Shown piece after piece: positions 26,038-38,982 of a DNA stretch of 60,000 bases. The notes beneath the pieces are model-generated. The model worked only from the letters and a program-made list of their open reading frames with translations. It had not been told where the DNA came from and did not search any database. Every line of letters starts with the position of its first letter. Position 1 is the stretch's first letter. This stretch comes from Callorhinchus milii (taxonomy: Eukaryota). The stretch lies in NCBI RefSeq assembly GCF_018977255.1, contig NW_024704742.1, positions 25,980,001 to 26,040,000 on the forward strand, given 5' to 3'. Position numbers and translations under genes: made by a program.

Positions 26038-27590
26038 CAACAACAACAGCAGCAAAATTACATTTGTAGAGCGCCTTTCACGTCGGGAGGACATCTCAAA
26101 GTGCTGAACAGTCGGGTGTTGGGGCCTGAGCATGGGGGAGAGGTGGAGTAGGGGTGAGGGAAGACAGAGAGGTGGGAAGGCGACCAAAAGCACGATCGAA
26201 GAGAAGGGTCTTGAGACCGGCCTTGAAGGAGACAAGGGAAGAAGCGAGGCGAAGGGACCGTGGGATGGAGTTCCAGAATGTGGGGACAGAGAGGCTGAAA
26301 GCCCGACCACCGATGGTAGGGTGGGTCGGGCGGGAGATATGGAGCAGGCCGGAGCCCGCTGAACGGAGGGAACGGGCAGGTTGGTAGGGATTCAGCAGGT
26401 CAGAGAGTGGATGGCCTTGAAATTGAGGACAAGGATCTTAAACTCGATCCTCTGGGGGATGGGGAGCCAGTGGAGTCGGGCGAGGGTGGGAGTGATGGGG
26501 TCACGGAGCCTGGTGCGTGAGAATACACGAGCTGCAGAGTTTTGGTTGATCTGCAGCTTGTGAAGGGAAGAGTTGGGAAGGCTGATGAGGAGGGAGTTTC
26601 CGTAATCGAGCCTTGATGTGACGAATGCATGGATAAGGGTTTCGGCAGCCTGAGGGGTGAGGCAGTGGCAGAGTCTGGCAATGTTGCGGAGGTGGTAGTA
26701 GGAGGTGCCAGTCACGGGGAGAAAGGACAGTTCAGGGTCAAACAAGACACCCAGGTTCCTGACTAGCTTCGTGAGGTTGAGTGTGCAGCCATGGATGCTG
26801 ATCCTGCCAGTGCCCGAAGTGCGGAGGCGCTGGCGCGAGCCAATCAGGAGTGCCTCGGTCTTGCTGACGTTGAGTTGGAGAAAGTTGTCCCTCATCCAGG
26901 ACTTGATGTCGGACAGGCAGTCGGTCAGGGCGCCAGTAGTCCTGTAGTTGAGGGTGGAGGCAGAGATAAAGTTGGGTGTCATCCGCGTTCATGTGGAAAT
27001 TTTCCCCGTGTCTGCGGATGACTTCACCAAGGGGGATCATGTAGAGGGTGAAAAGGAGGGGACCGAGGAAAGAGCTCTGAGGAACACCACGCGAGACAGT
27101 GCAGGGGCTAGAAGAGAAGCCATTTTCTGCGACGAAGTGGAGGTGGTGTGAAAGGTAGGACCTGAACCAATCAAGGACAGAACCTTGAAGGTTGAGGTGG
27201 GAGGAGAGGCGGTGGAGGAGGATTGAATGGTCCACGGTGTCAAAGGCAGCGGAGAAGTCGAGGAGGACGAGGAGGCAGAGGGAGCCCTGGTCGCACATGG
27301 TCAGGATGTCGTTTGTGACCTTGACCAGAGCAGACCTTGACCGTGCTGTGGGCAGCACGGAAACCTGATTGGAGGGATTCATGGAAGGAGTGAGAGGAGA
27401 GGAAAGAGTGAAGCTGGGAGGCAACAGCTCTCTCAAGGACCTTGGATAGGAGAGAGAGGTTTGAGATGGGCCGGTAGCTAGACAGCTGTGATGGGTCAAG
27501 GGAAGGTTTCTTCAAGGTGGGGGTGATAATGGCTGTTTTGAGGGGGGAAGGAACAGTACCTTATGACAGGGAGAGGTTAATCATGTTGAC
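26038..27590 (-). mobile_element. 5'-truncated L2 LINE with most of the RT domain
   Basis: YRPISNLSLLSKVLE, QSGFRAAHST, LVLLDFSAAFDTVDHSILL, GVPQSSFLGPLLF, ADDTQLY and HAFVTSRLDYGN motifs; (TTG)n-like tail. Confidence 0.95.
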
Positions 27591-29084
27591 ATTAAGAATC
27601 AGACTGAAATGCTCCAGAATCATACTGAAGAAAATAGGGATGGGATTCATTGAAAGAATACACTTCCTTTGAGGTAATAAGATCATGTTGCAGGTTGAAT
27701 TCTCCTGAGGCGAAACATTTGATATGGACCATTATGAGTGCAAAGGTCAGCTGTCATTTAAAATTTTATCGTAAGAGTAATAGTAAATAAAATATTCACA
27801 AATATACTCAAAAGGAAGCTATCTTAAAACTTAAAACAATGTTGATTGTTTTGTTTGGAGAAGAAGTAGGAGTCAACGAAGATGTTCAGGAAGGAAATTG
27901 TATTGATATTCCCATAGATGAAAAAGATGGTCAGACATTATTCATAGCTGGTATCTTTTCTACCAGAATTCTGAAGCTTTACACCTCATTATGTAGGTGG
28001 AGCATTAACATCTCCCAAGTGCTCCTGTATGTTTATCCCAGGCATTTTTATGAAAGTGAAACATCAGAAATTGGAGTTAATGGATGCAACAATGTCCAGG
28101 GCAACCCCATTATAAGACAATGATCTGATCCATTAGCTCAATCTCCCCCCACCATGAATTATTGATGCAAAGAAAAAAAGGCCCACTTTGAGGTCATCAA
28201 ATCGCTGCTGACATCACTTGGCTGCACGCTTTGTGAAGGATGCACCACTCATGTCACTTGGTGTGAGTTCATTAGTTTACAGTGGTTCAGTGGGTTCTTG
28301 TGATGTGAAAATGGAAGATATACATCAGAGAGCCAGTAGAGTAGATTCAACACCTATTCAAGAGTCACATCTGACTAAATAAGGGCACATGTGTCCTGGT
28401 ATTGGGTTTGCCTGTATCCAACAGGTATCACATAAGTCTGTTCATAAATGGAAAAGGAAATATAACAGGGTTTGAAAGATTACAAAATATATTTTACCTG
28501 GGGGTGAGAGTGGGGAAAGAAATTATTTCAATCTTACCATCAATTACTATTATGGTCTATACACTGGCAGAATCATGCCGGACAAGATGCAATCAGAAAA
28601 AAACACTGCTGTTCAGTCCTTGTTGCCATGGCAATAGAGTTGCTGGGGAATACTTGTTATTTTGAACATGATATAGGTATAATACACCTCCCTGATCTAA
28701 AATGTCTTCATAACACTTCTAACATTATCCCCTCAGTTTAACATCAGATCCAAAGAATGATACTGCTCCACCAACAATGCAGCACACCCCCAGCACTATA
28801 TTTAGTTTAACTGGGAGTTCAAACTCCCGATGTGGGGTTAAACCCCTAAGCTTCTGACTCAGAGGTGAAATTGCTACCATCCGAGGCAGGCTGACACCTT
28901 GAATATGTTTTAATGGAGCCTTTTTGCCTTGAATTTTGGGTGCAAATAATACCCAGCTTCTTATGGAGCTCGCTGGTTTCGCTCACTTAGAAGTGCAGGA
29001 AAGAGGGAAAAAGGAAAGAAGAATTGTATGTGACTCAAGGAAATATTGGCAGTCAGACCAAAAGACCAATGTCAACTCGGCACA

Positions 29085-29630
29085 TTTGGTAGTCAAAAGG
29101 TTGTGACTGAGGGCCTCCCCGATTGTCTCCCATCAGCATTTCCACATCTCAGGCACTGGCAGCATCAACATCCACGGATGCACATTCCACCTCACTGAGC
29201 AAATCCGGAACCTTGGCATCTTGTTTGACCCTCAAATGATTTTTCTACCCCACATCCATGCTATGACCCGCTCTGCCTTCCCCCACCTCCGAAACATCAC
29301 CTGGTCTCATCACTGCCTCTACCCTCAGGCCGCCGAAAACCTTTTCCATACATTTACTACATCTAGGCTTAACTAAGCCAACTCCCTGCCTTCCTAACTC
29401 TTCCCTCCACAAGCTGCAGATCATTCAAAACTCTGCAGCTTGTGTCCTCTTTCGCAAAGGGCTTTGTGACTATCAACTCCACCCTTGACCAGCTCCATTG
29501 GCTCCCCATCCCTCAGAGGATAGAGTTCAAAATCCTCATCCTTGCTCTCATGGCTCTCCATGGCCTTGCCCCTTCCTACCTCTGTGACCTGCTAACACCA
29601 TATCAACCTGTCTGCTCCCTCCGCTCAGCG
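29085..29630 (+). mobile_element. L2 LINE ORF2 3' fragment
   Basis: RNLGILFDP and LHWLPIPQRIEFKILIL motifs. Confidence 0.85.
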
Positions 29631-31414
29631 GTTGAGACATTCTCCCAACATCAAAGCTATATCAAATGTAATGCTTATTACAACATTTTTTGGTTGCCTT
29701 GCACATTTGAATGACTTCTGATTAAAAATTGCAGTTTGAAGTTGCATGCTGTAAAAGTGAAAGATGCTGCAGTCACCATTTCTAATAGAAACTATATTAA
29801 CCAGCTCCACTCCCTGTGGTGATAGGTGAATTGGATGAATTTCACCAATTCTCATTCAGGTTCCTGTATGAAGCACTTTGGAATGCTAGAGTGCTATTAC
29901 CTTGTATCAGACCTGAGACAAACAAGTAGTGTGAGTTTGCTGTATGCAAATGTGAAGCTGTGTGAAGCGCTTTGAGATGTCCATCCATCTGACATGAAAG
30001 GTGCTATAGAAATGTAAATTGTTGTGGTCGAAAGTGGACTAAAATTCAAAATGTGAGATAGATACAGAGCTTCACAATACAATTGAAGCAAGACCTATGG
30101 AGACACCTGACAGCAAGGAGGTAACAATTGTATTCAAGATTAAAATTTGTTTCAAGATATGAATGACAAGAATTTCTTAAAATATACAAATTCTTGATAT
30201 GTTTTAGGGTCTGCCTTAAATAACTGAGGTAGCAGTGAATCAAAATTAGATTCAGCGCTGCTCAATGTTTAAAAAATAAATTAAAAAGCCAATAAGTGAC
30301 AAGCACACTGTTATTTTTTGTGAGTGATTCTGTCAGAAGGGAAATGGGAGAAACACACATTTGATTAGTTTAAGAATAAAAATAGAATGTTATTTTCTTT
30401 TTAAAATAAACAAATGACAATGTAGTTTCCAGCAAGTGACCTTTAATTAAATATAATGGTCCTGGTTTAGATTTGAATCCCCTTTGGCAATGCCTCAGCC
30501 TTTAATATAACTGGATTTCTTTAAGCGCATGTCTCTGGGGCAGAACATTAGAAGAAGAATCCAATAAAGGATAAGCAATGTTCCTTCAATCTTACAGTAT
30601 TGCAAAATAATCCAACAATGTTAGCAGCAGTGTATTTGTGATGCTTACTCTTTTTAAAGTTTTTTAATTAATATACTTTTAGAACACATAATTTAGAGCC
30701 CCTGAGAGGTTAAATAATAATCCAATGTGCCAATAATAATAATAAATGTGCCAATTAGCAGTAGCAAAGGTAAAGATATATTGAAGGTCATTGAAGATGT
30801 TCTCCATACCAAATTCATGTTCCATAACAATCATGTTTTAATTAAGTGTTGTGTTAATGATGAGGTAGTTGAAGAGGTTTTCCTATAACAAATTCACGTT
30901 TGGGTTAAAGATAATTCTGCAGATTATATTTTATTAATATGGCTAAGAAACAGGGAGATGACAGAATCCTCCCAAAAAGCTGTCCATATCTCTCTCTCTG
31001 CAAAGCAGCCTGCTCAAGGTCACTAGAAGCTTGCAAAGGGTGGGGCTATCTCTGTGATAAGGGGAGATGGACTTAGAAACACATCAGAGAAAGATGTAAC
31101 TTTGGAATAGTTGGAAGCATCGTAGGAGGAATAGTTGTGAGGCAGCTGGTGACTTCCCCAATGGAATCGGGTAATATTGGTTTAGTTGAATCTTACTGAT
31201 TTAATGTTAACTTAACGTTAAAATAATGTATGTGTTAAAGCATTAACCTTTGAATTGCAGATGATAATAAAAGATCTATAGTTCACACCACCTGTATAGG
31301 GTAAAGTCTCATTATGGCGAACCTTACAGCGTGTTTTATTTTCACAATGCCTGTTAACTCTTAATGAATATACAAAAATCGTGTTGAACTAATCAACAGG
31401 AAGAATTAAATAGT

Positions 31415-31720
31415 TTTAAAATCATAACTGGGAAGTCCAGAACGGAGATTAGGAGGAACTTTTTCACACAGAGTGGTGGGAGTGTGGAATTCTCTGCCAC
31501 AGTCATTGGGGCAACAACCCAATAGCTCCATTCCCCAAAAGAAGACTGACACATGGTTGAAGGAGAATAAAGTTGAGGAATATGGGGAAAAGGCAGGGAT
31601 TTGGGACTAGAGATAGGATCTAGTATAGGCACTCATATGGAGTATAAACACGGCCAGACTGGAAGGGCTGAATGGTTTGTTTCTGAGCTGTAGTTTCTGG
31701 GAGTCTATGAAACTATGAAC
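31415..31720 (+). mobile_element. CR1 3' end
   Basis: RTEIRRNFFTQ-VVGVWNSLP, then gaagggctgaatgg and a ctatga tail. Confidence 0.8.
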
Positions 31721-31797
31721 CACTTTTCCTTTAAAATTTCATTGAAATCTTTTGAGTTGGGTAACTTGGTGATGCTGCATAATGGTATCTTTCTATG

Positions 31798-32040
31798 ATA
31801 ATAATCCTTACATTTAATATATAGCACCCTATCACATGATCGAGACATCGTCAAAGTGCTTCACAGAATTTTACTGTAGAGTGCAGTGACTGTATTTATA
31901 GACAAATACAGCAACCAATTGGCCACCAAAGTATATCACAAAAACCATAAAGTGAATGACCGTTTTCTAAATTTAGGACATTGTTGGCCAGGACACCGGG
32001 AAACCTCCCTTCTTTTTTCGAATACTTTAAAAGGCAGATG
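31798..32040 (-). mobile_element. Deu-SINE fragment
   Basis: Tail ataatccttacattt and body ttggccaggacaccgggaaa. Confidence 0.65.
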
Positions 32041-32181
32041 GTACAAGTAAGGCAAATAGGATTCTCAAACCCCTAGTTCAAAATAATTTAAACTGGACCA
32101 TAATTCCCCTTATTGTTTTCCAGTTTTGATTCATGTAAAAGAGCCATTATTGCCTTATTGGAAGAGATTCTCATCTTAGAT

Positions 32182-32380
32182 CAGTGGTGGCCCATCAATG
32201 GCCCACAGGCCAGAAGTAGCCCCCTACCCTTTGCACTTGTCTAAGTCAATCTGTTTTAAATCAATGTTTTGTTTCCATTTTTTTCTTGATTAAACATTTC
32301 TTGATTTATGACATAAATCAAGAAATATTTATTTAACAAAATTTATTTTGTTGGCTGACCAAAAAGGTTGGCCATCATTA
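32182..32380. mobile_element. Putative hAT-type MITE
   Basis: Ends cagtggtggcc and aaaaaggttggccatcatta. Flanking 8-mers tcttagat and cctcagat match at 6 of 8, consistent with a decayed 8-bp hAT TSD. Confidence 0.55.
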
Positions 32381-32872
32381 CCTCAGATGGTATTTAAGTG
32401 CAAACAAAGTGATTGCAGAATTCCTGGGAATACAAGCAAAAGCATTTCTTTTCATTTTTTTGTCATAAATCCTCAGAATCCCTGTACTCTTCGGAGAGCA
32501 GCCGATTTAAAAATTGTGATTGAGACATCATTATTGCACCAGCTCTATATCCCCTTTCAGAAACTTGTAAGCCATTCAGTATCAATGTTTGCGTAATACC
32601 TGAGAATTGTATTGGATTGTACTCTAGATCCTGAGAACAAATTGTTCAACCTGTCAAAATAAATCTCTCCCAATGTACTCTTCTTTCCACGTACAACATT
32701 TGATCAACAATCATTTATCTACAGTGCTAATTGTTGGCTAATCTTCCCGTTTTCTCAAAAATAACCTAATGCAATATTGCTCTTAATTAATAAGCTACAT
32801 AACCCATGGATGATTTTCGCCCCCCTCGCGTCCGACTTGCACCATATTTCAAAGCAGGAATCTTATTATTAA

Positions 32873-33004
<132 letters not shown>

Positions 33005-35061
33005 TAACAGTTCATCTTCTTGTTTTTGTAAGAGCAGAAACTGGGAGCAGGGATTCTTCCCACTCAGTTCCTGTTACCCCTGCAAGCCAACGCCCTAATG
33101 GCTAGGGTGGTCTTAGCTGGACAAGCAGTTCAAAACTTACCAGACAATTGGCTCTATGCCCTACCTGCGGCAAATACTCTCTGGAATTAGGGAAGCAGGA
33201 TGTGTCCCTCTCGGGAGACTTGTAGGTGGCATACGTATGTGGAAATTTCCACATGTAGGTGGCATGCAAATGTGGAATTGTCAGTCTGGTTTGGATACTC
33301 TTAAGTAAAGTAATGGCTTTCCGCATGTGTCAGGTACCTGTTTGACCACGTCTATGAAATCTACGATTTGTATTCACATAAGTGAAAAGTTGAAGGATTA
33401 AGGAAATTTGAGTGTGCTAAAAGCTATCAAATGCATACCTCAACTTAATCCAACATGTTGTAACTGGAGTCTGCTTTCAATTGCTCAAAACATACATAAT
33501 TTTCCATAATGTTGCAATCTTGAACCTGAACCAGACATCTGTTTGGCTTGTAGCGCAATTTTTAACTGATTAAGTTGTTGGACTGACAGTGCTATTTATT
33601 TTTGTGCTCATTATGATGAAGTGAAAACAGTGCTGGGAAATGAAATCATAATTTCCGGCTTCAAGCCAATGTCAGTGTCATTATTCCTGGCTTGGGAGCT
33701 GCATGGGTAAGATAGAATAAAGTACCTTCTGCACAATATTATTATTATTATGTGCAGTGGTTTTAAACTCAGAAGAGTATCCTCGCAATGGAGCAGAACT
33801 GTGTTTCCATACCAACTATCCATATGGCATCTCTTGGTGGCAGTACTTTCACAAATTTCATGCTGAGTTGTGCTACTCAACAGGAAGCTCCCAGAGAGCA
33901 CCCGGTAGTTGCAATTTACCTAGTGAGGCCTCAAACCTGCACTTAAGTAATATCAAATGACCAGTTAGTGACTATCCTTCTGCACCCACGGACAGAGGGA
34001 TGTGAAGCCAGGTCTGTTATGTGCCAAACTCAAGCATTCATTTTTTAACTGTAGGAGATGGAGAAGTGAACAGCAAGTAAATTTGTTCAGTGATATTCAA
34101 GTATGTGCACAAGTATGCATGTTAGATGAAGCAAATTGAACAAATTTACATTTATATAATGTCTTTCACATCGTGATGATGCCCCAAATTCCTGGACTGA
34201 CCAGGGTTTTCACTGATTCTACAAGGGCTCTGAGATGTCCTCCCAAAGTGCTGTATAAGTGTAAAAGTGTTGTTTCTGAGCAATGACAGGATTTGAAGCA
34301 CGCTGTGCTCTGGTGGAGCTGACCAACTTTTATGCGGGTGTGGTAAGAGTGCCAGTCATATGATCAGTCATGCGACCACTATTGGTCCTGTTACGAAACT
34401 GGTTGGGAATTTTTTGACTCCCGAGTATCTTGTTTTGCATAAGGGTAAACCTGTGAAAGGTCCATTGAGTCAGCTCAAATGTAAAGGAAAATTCTGAATT
34501 TGAATTCCCTTAGCTGTTGGCTGTTATGTTTGACTACAAATACGCAGTCACTACACGTCACAGCAAATCCTGTGAAGCACTTTGAGACATTTCAACGACA
34601 GCTCTATATCAAAAGTAAGGGTTATTATTATCGAACCTTCTGTATCTGATGGCTCTGCCTTGTCAGCAGGATATGAATCTGTGACAGTTCTAATATATAG
34701 GTTCTCTGTTTATGACACAAAGCACGCCAAGAAGCCAAGGTTGTAGCCACTGAACTGCAAGAGAGTATACTGATGTGTCAAACATAGTAGCCCTTAAGCA
34801 GTATATTATTTTATAAGATCAATATCTGGCAGATTTCTGCAAATTGAACTGTTCTTCTTGGCCATCCTTCTGTGCCTTTCTAATGAACCATGTAAAATAT
34901 TTATTTCATTTGTGGAACTAAAGCAGACTGAAATCACTACTTCTTGTTTCTCTTGAATGTAAAGAATTACAGTGGTGTATTAGAGGTTTATTACTTGTAC
35001 CTCGTCTCATGATAAAACCATAATGGATTTATCTGACCATGCCAAGAGCAAACAGTATAAT

Positions 35062-35197
35062 CAAAAGGCAAAGTACTGCAGATGCTGGAAATCTGGTATA
35101 CACACAGAATGCGCTGGGAACACACAGCAGGTCAGGCAGCATCCATGGAGAGAGGAAATTAGTTAACGTTTCAGGTTTATGACCTATCGTTATCAGT
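35062..35197 (-). mobile_element. Penelope-like terminal repeat fragment
   Basis: ctgcagatgctggaaatctg...cagcaggtcaggcagcatccatggagag...gttaacgtttcagg, homologous to 4280-4385. Confidence 0.8.
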
Positions 35198-37894
35198 ACA
35201 GTACAAGTGGTGTATTCCTGGTGTAATTATATAATACCTCAGCTACAACAACTAAAAAGACTGAGTGTGTAATTTTGAATTGTGTTCCATCTGTTCTGCT
35301 GGGATAGATCTCTAAAAAGAAACTCTATAAGAGTTGCATTTTAGAGATCTATAAGAACCTGCTTTGTGTTAGCTGTATAGAGTGAATAAAGACTGTAATA
35401 AATATGAATTTTGAGAAATTGAAATATAGGTGTTTCATTTTTTAGGTACTCATACACTCAGGATTAACAATCAGAAGCTTTCCGTTAGGATGCAATGGTT
35501 GCACATCAAATGACTTTGATGTAAAGACACAAAGTTAACAGGCAGAATCTGCTGCTACCTTGCTACGACTATTCAATCTTCAGTGGCACTAACAGGCCTA
35601 GAAACATTACTGCTACACAGGTTTGAATTGAATTGCCCATCGGTTCGTTCTCATATTGTTTATGGAAAATTTATGTTGAAGGTCTGCGGTGAATGGAATC
35701 AGAGTAGATGGCTCCAGTGGGGAAATGATAACTGAATGGCCTCTTTCAGTGCTCTAAACTTTGTCTGATTGCAGACAGATAAAGGAAGCTGTCAAATAAT
35801 GAGAGCTGAATGAGATATTTGATGATATCTTCTCAGCACTCAGAATTGTGTGGCAGCAGCCTGCTGCAACATTTAAATGCTTTATGGGAATTATAGTAGG
35901 GACATTATTTCTGGGTAATGGTCTTCACATTTATTCAGCTTTTTGCAGTCCTACAAGACGAACCACGACATTTGTTTATTAAACCCAGCCTACATGACGG
36001 TATTGTATCTCTAAAGTACAACCTTTGTTTACTTCTTGAAAATGTACTGAAGGACTTAATCTTGTAAACGTTCAATTTAGTTCACAAAAGAGACTGACAG
36101 AATTATAAACTATCAGAACAATGAAACGCACAGTACATTAAAGAATTCTGCCTTAGTCCATAAATGTCACATGACACAGAAATGTTAAAATAGACAGGTT
36201 ATTCATGGGCCTTCTCTTATTTTTATTATACATACATCTGTTGTAAATAATAACAAAAGCTTCCTCATTGAAATTAACACAGTTATCAAGTTGTATTGAC
36301 TCAAACAACTGAAGCCCTTGGAGTTGATGGCAACAATTGACTCCTATGATTGCATTGCCATCTTGTGATCTCCAAATAGCCCTACTCCATATAATTTACA
36401 CTTTTCCTGCCTTTGTTTGCTATCTTTTGCGTATTTGTAGCAGCAAATACAGATAAATTGTGTAGTGACATTATTCTACGTGAAGGGCACTTTGTTAATG
36501 CAAGTTATTGTAGTGGAATAACTTGTGTCTTGTCTGAGAACATTTTATTGTTTGTTAACCCCCATAAAATACAATAAAAACAGGGATTACAACAGGTAAA
36601 ATCACCAATGGTTAGTGCTTTACAGTGCTGATTTTATATGAAACACCATCACAAAGTAAGATGACTCTAATAGAATGGTGCTGATTAAAAACACCTTCAT
36701 TGTGATACTAAGATTGATTCTAAGGGTCAGTTTGTTACCATTTGTTTAGTTGTATTACTCTATGTCAATTATTTACAGAAACTGTTATTCATCGTATTGC
36801 CCTTCCAGTGGGGTATTGAGAGAGCACCTCAACGTCGGAGCTGCCTCTATGCTTTAGAATAGGATTAACCAAGATCTTGTCAGCCTCTAGATCTTCACTC
36901 CGATGCTAGCTAAACAGTCCTTGACACTGCAGTATTGGGAAAGAGAAGTGTTCTGGACAGCAATCCTCCAGATGAGTTGATCATTCACCTTGTGGCTATT
37001 TGTAGGACTTTTGTTCAAAAAACAGCTGTTCTGTATTTCCTTTCCCTTTTTTAAAAACTGAAATCTGTCACAGCTTTACAAATGTAAACAGATTTGTGCC
37101 GAGGCTGTTATAATCTGACAGTCGATCATGACATTGCTGCAGTCAATTTGGAAGATCTGATTTTCCTGATAGGTAACTGTGATTGCCATCTGTAATTGCA
37201 GACTGCTGACTGAAGACACAGATAGGAGGGTGTTTGCTGGAATATCCACATGCAGATTCTGCTCAAAATGTGAAAAATTGGTATTCCAACCCTATATCCT
37301 GAACATCTCTTGAGCTTGTTTTATGTAAATGAGTCCATTAGGATGTCAAACATAACCAAATCATGCAGTGCAGGTCTGCACCAGTTACCATGGCTCCTGT
37401 GCAACACATCATCAGGGACTCCAGAGAATGTAAAGGAAGGATGTACGTTTTAAGGATAGATGTTTTCAAGCGTCTTAATCTTTTCAGTGCATTGAATTGC
37501 ATTCTATGTCCAGGTTATGGGGAGTCAGGTAAAATATTTGGATTTTTAATTGCTTCCACACTCAAAATGATTCTTGTGAAAATAGACCTTGAGAGTGGAG
37601 TGCTTAACTCTGGAGAGTTAACTCTAGGAAGACTGAGGAACCTGGGCTTATAGTTTTCAATCCTTAATGCATCCTGACTTAATACTGAATAATTAAAAGG
37701 TTAATACGCTACAAATGGACATCTAGAGTGGCACCATCTAGAGGTGCAGTTAGCTTGAATTTTCAAACATATTTAAAATACAGGAGTGTATTGCAGTGAT
37801 TAAAGGGAACGGCTGTAGGTTCAACTCACATTATTCAGAGTAAATTACTTCTTTACCCTAAAACATACATTCACACAGAATATAATAATTGAAT

Positions 37895-38235
37895 TGAATA
37901 TAATAATAATAATCCTTGCATTTGATACAGCGCTTTCAATGTTAGCAGGAAATCTCAAAACCCTAGATGTACTGGAAAGTATAGGAACTGTTTTTTTGTG
38001 GGCAAAACCCGGCAGCCAATTTTGTGGACAGCAATGTCCCATAAACAACCAGAGAGTGAGTGATCAATTTTATTTGTGGGATTATTAGCCAGGATACTAA
38101 GAGAAACTCCCTTCTCTTTTCGAATAGTGTCATGAGATCTTTAACGTTCACCTGAACAGGCAGACGTAGCCTCCATTTAAGATCTCATCCAAAAGATGGT
38201 CCCTCTGGTAATGCAGCATCCCCTCAGCACTGCAA
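37895..38235 (-). mobile_element. SacSINE1-like Deu-SINE
   Basis: (AAT)n tail, ggcagccaattt...acagcaatgtccc core and ttcacctgaacaggcagacg body. Confidence 0.8.
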
Positions 38236-38309
38236 TATATTTGACATATGCAAACTACATAAACATGTACACACATACCACATTGAATATAACAATAATA
38301 GTTTGGAAC

Positions 38310-38982
38310 AAGACTGAGTCCCTCTGAATGGCTCCTGTCAGTGCCTCCACACCTCAGGCACTGGGAGCATTACCATCCTTGGTTGCATATTCCACCTCAC
38401 TGAGCCAGTCTGGAACCTGGGTCTCTTGTTTGACCCTCAACTGTCCTTTCTATCCCACATCCGTGCCATAGCCCGTACTGCCTTCCCCCACCTCCGAAAC
38501 ATTGCCGGATTCCACCACTGCCTTTCCCCTCAGGCTGCCGAATACCTTATCCATACATTTATTACGTCTAGGCTCGACTATGCCATCTCCCTGCCTTTCC
38601 AACTCTTCCCTCCACAAGCTGCAAATCATTCAGAACTCTGCAGCTCATATCCTCTCCCGCACCAGCCTCTGTGACTCTATCACCCCCATATCGATCTGTC
38701 CACTCTCTCCGCATGTTCCCTGCCCAGCCTACCCCACCATCAGCGGTTGGGCCTTCAGACTCCATCCCACAGTCCCTTCACTTTGCTCCTTCCCTTGCCT
38801 CTTTCAAGGCACATCTCAAGAACCTCCTTTTCACCCACCCTTTCAGTCACCCTCATACCCTCTGCCCTCCACCCTTCTAAATCCCATCCGCCTGCTCAGG
38901 TCTAAATCCCTGACTGTCCAGCACCTTGGAAAGTCCTCACTATGTGAAGGTGGTATATAAATGTAATTTGTTGTTGTTGTTA
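38310..38982 (+). mobile_element. L2 LINE 3' fragment
   Basis: FPHLRNIA, LIHTFITSRLDY and LHKLQIIQNSAA motifs; tail aaatgtaatttgttgttgttg. Confidence 0.88.

Noticed and set aside
26392..27515. Long ORFs of 196 and 253 aa as host genes
   Set aside because: They are frameshifted L2 reverse transcriptase fragments. The same applies to the CR1 ORFs at 17759-18775.
27600..28130. Coding-looking stretch including the 94-aa ORF 27839-28123
   Set aside because: No recognisable domain or clean splice sites, and stops in the other frames. Possibly an ancient transposon relic, but I cannot support that.
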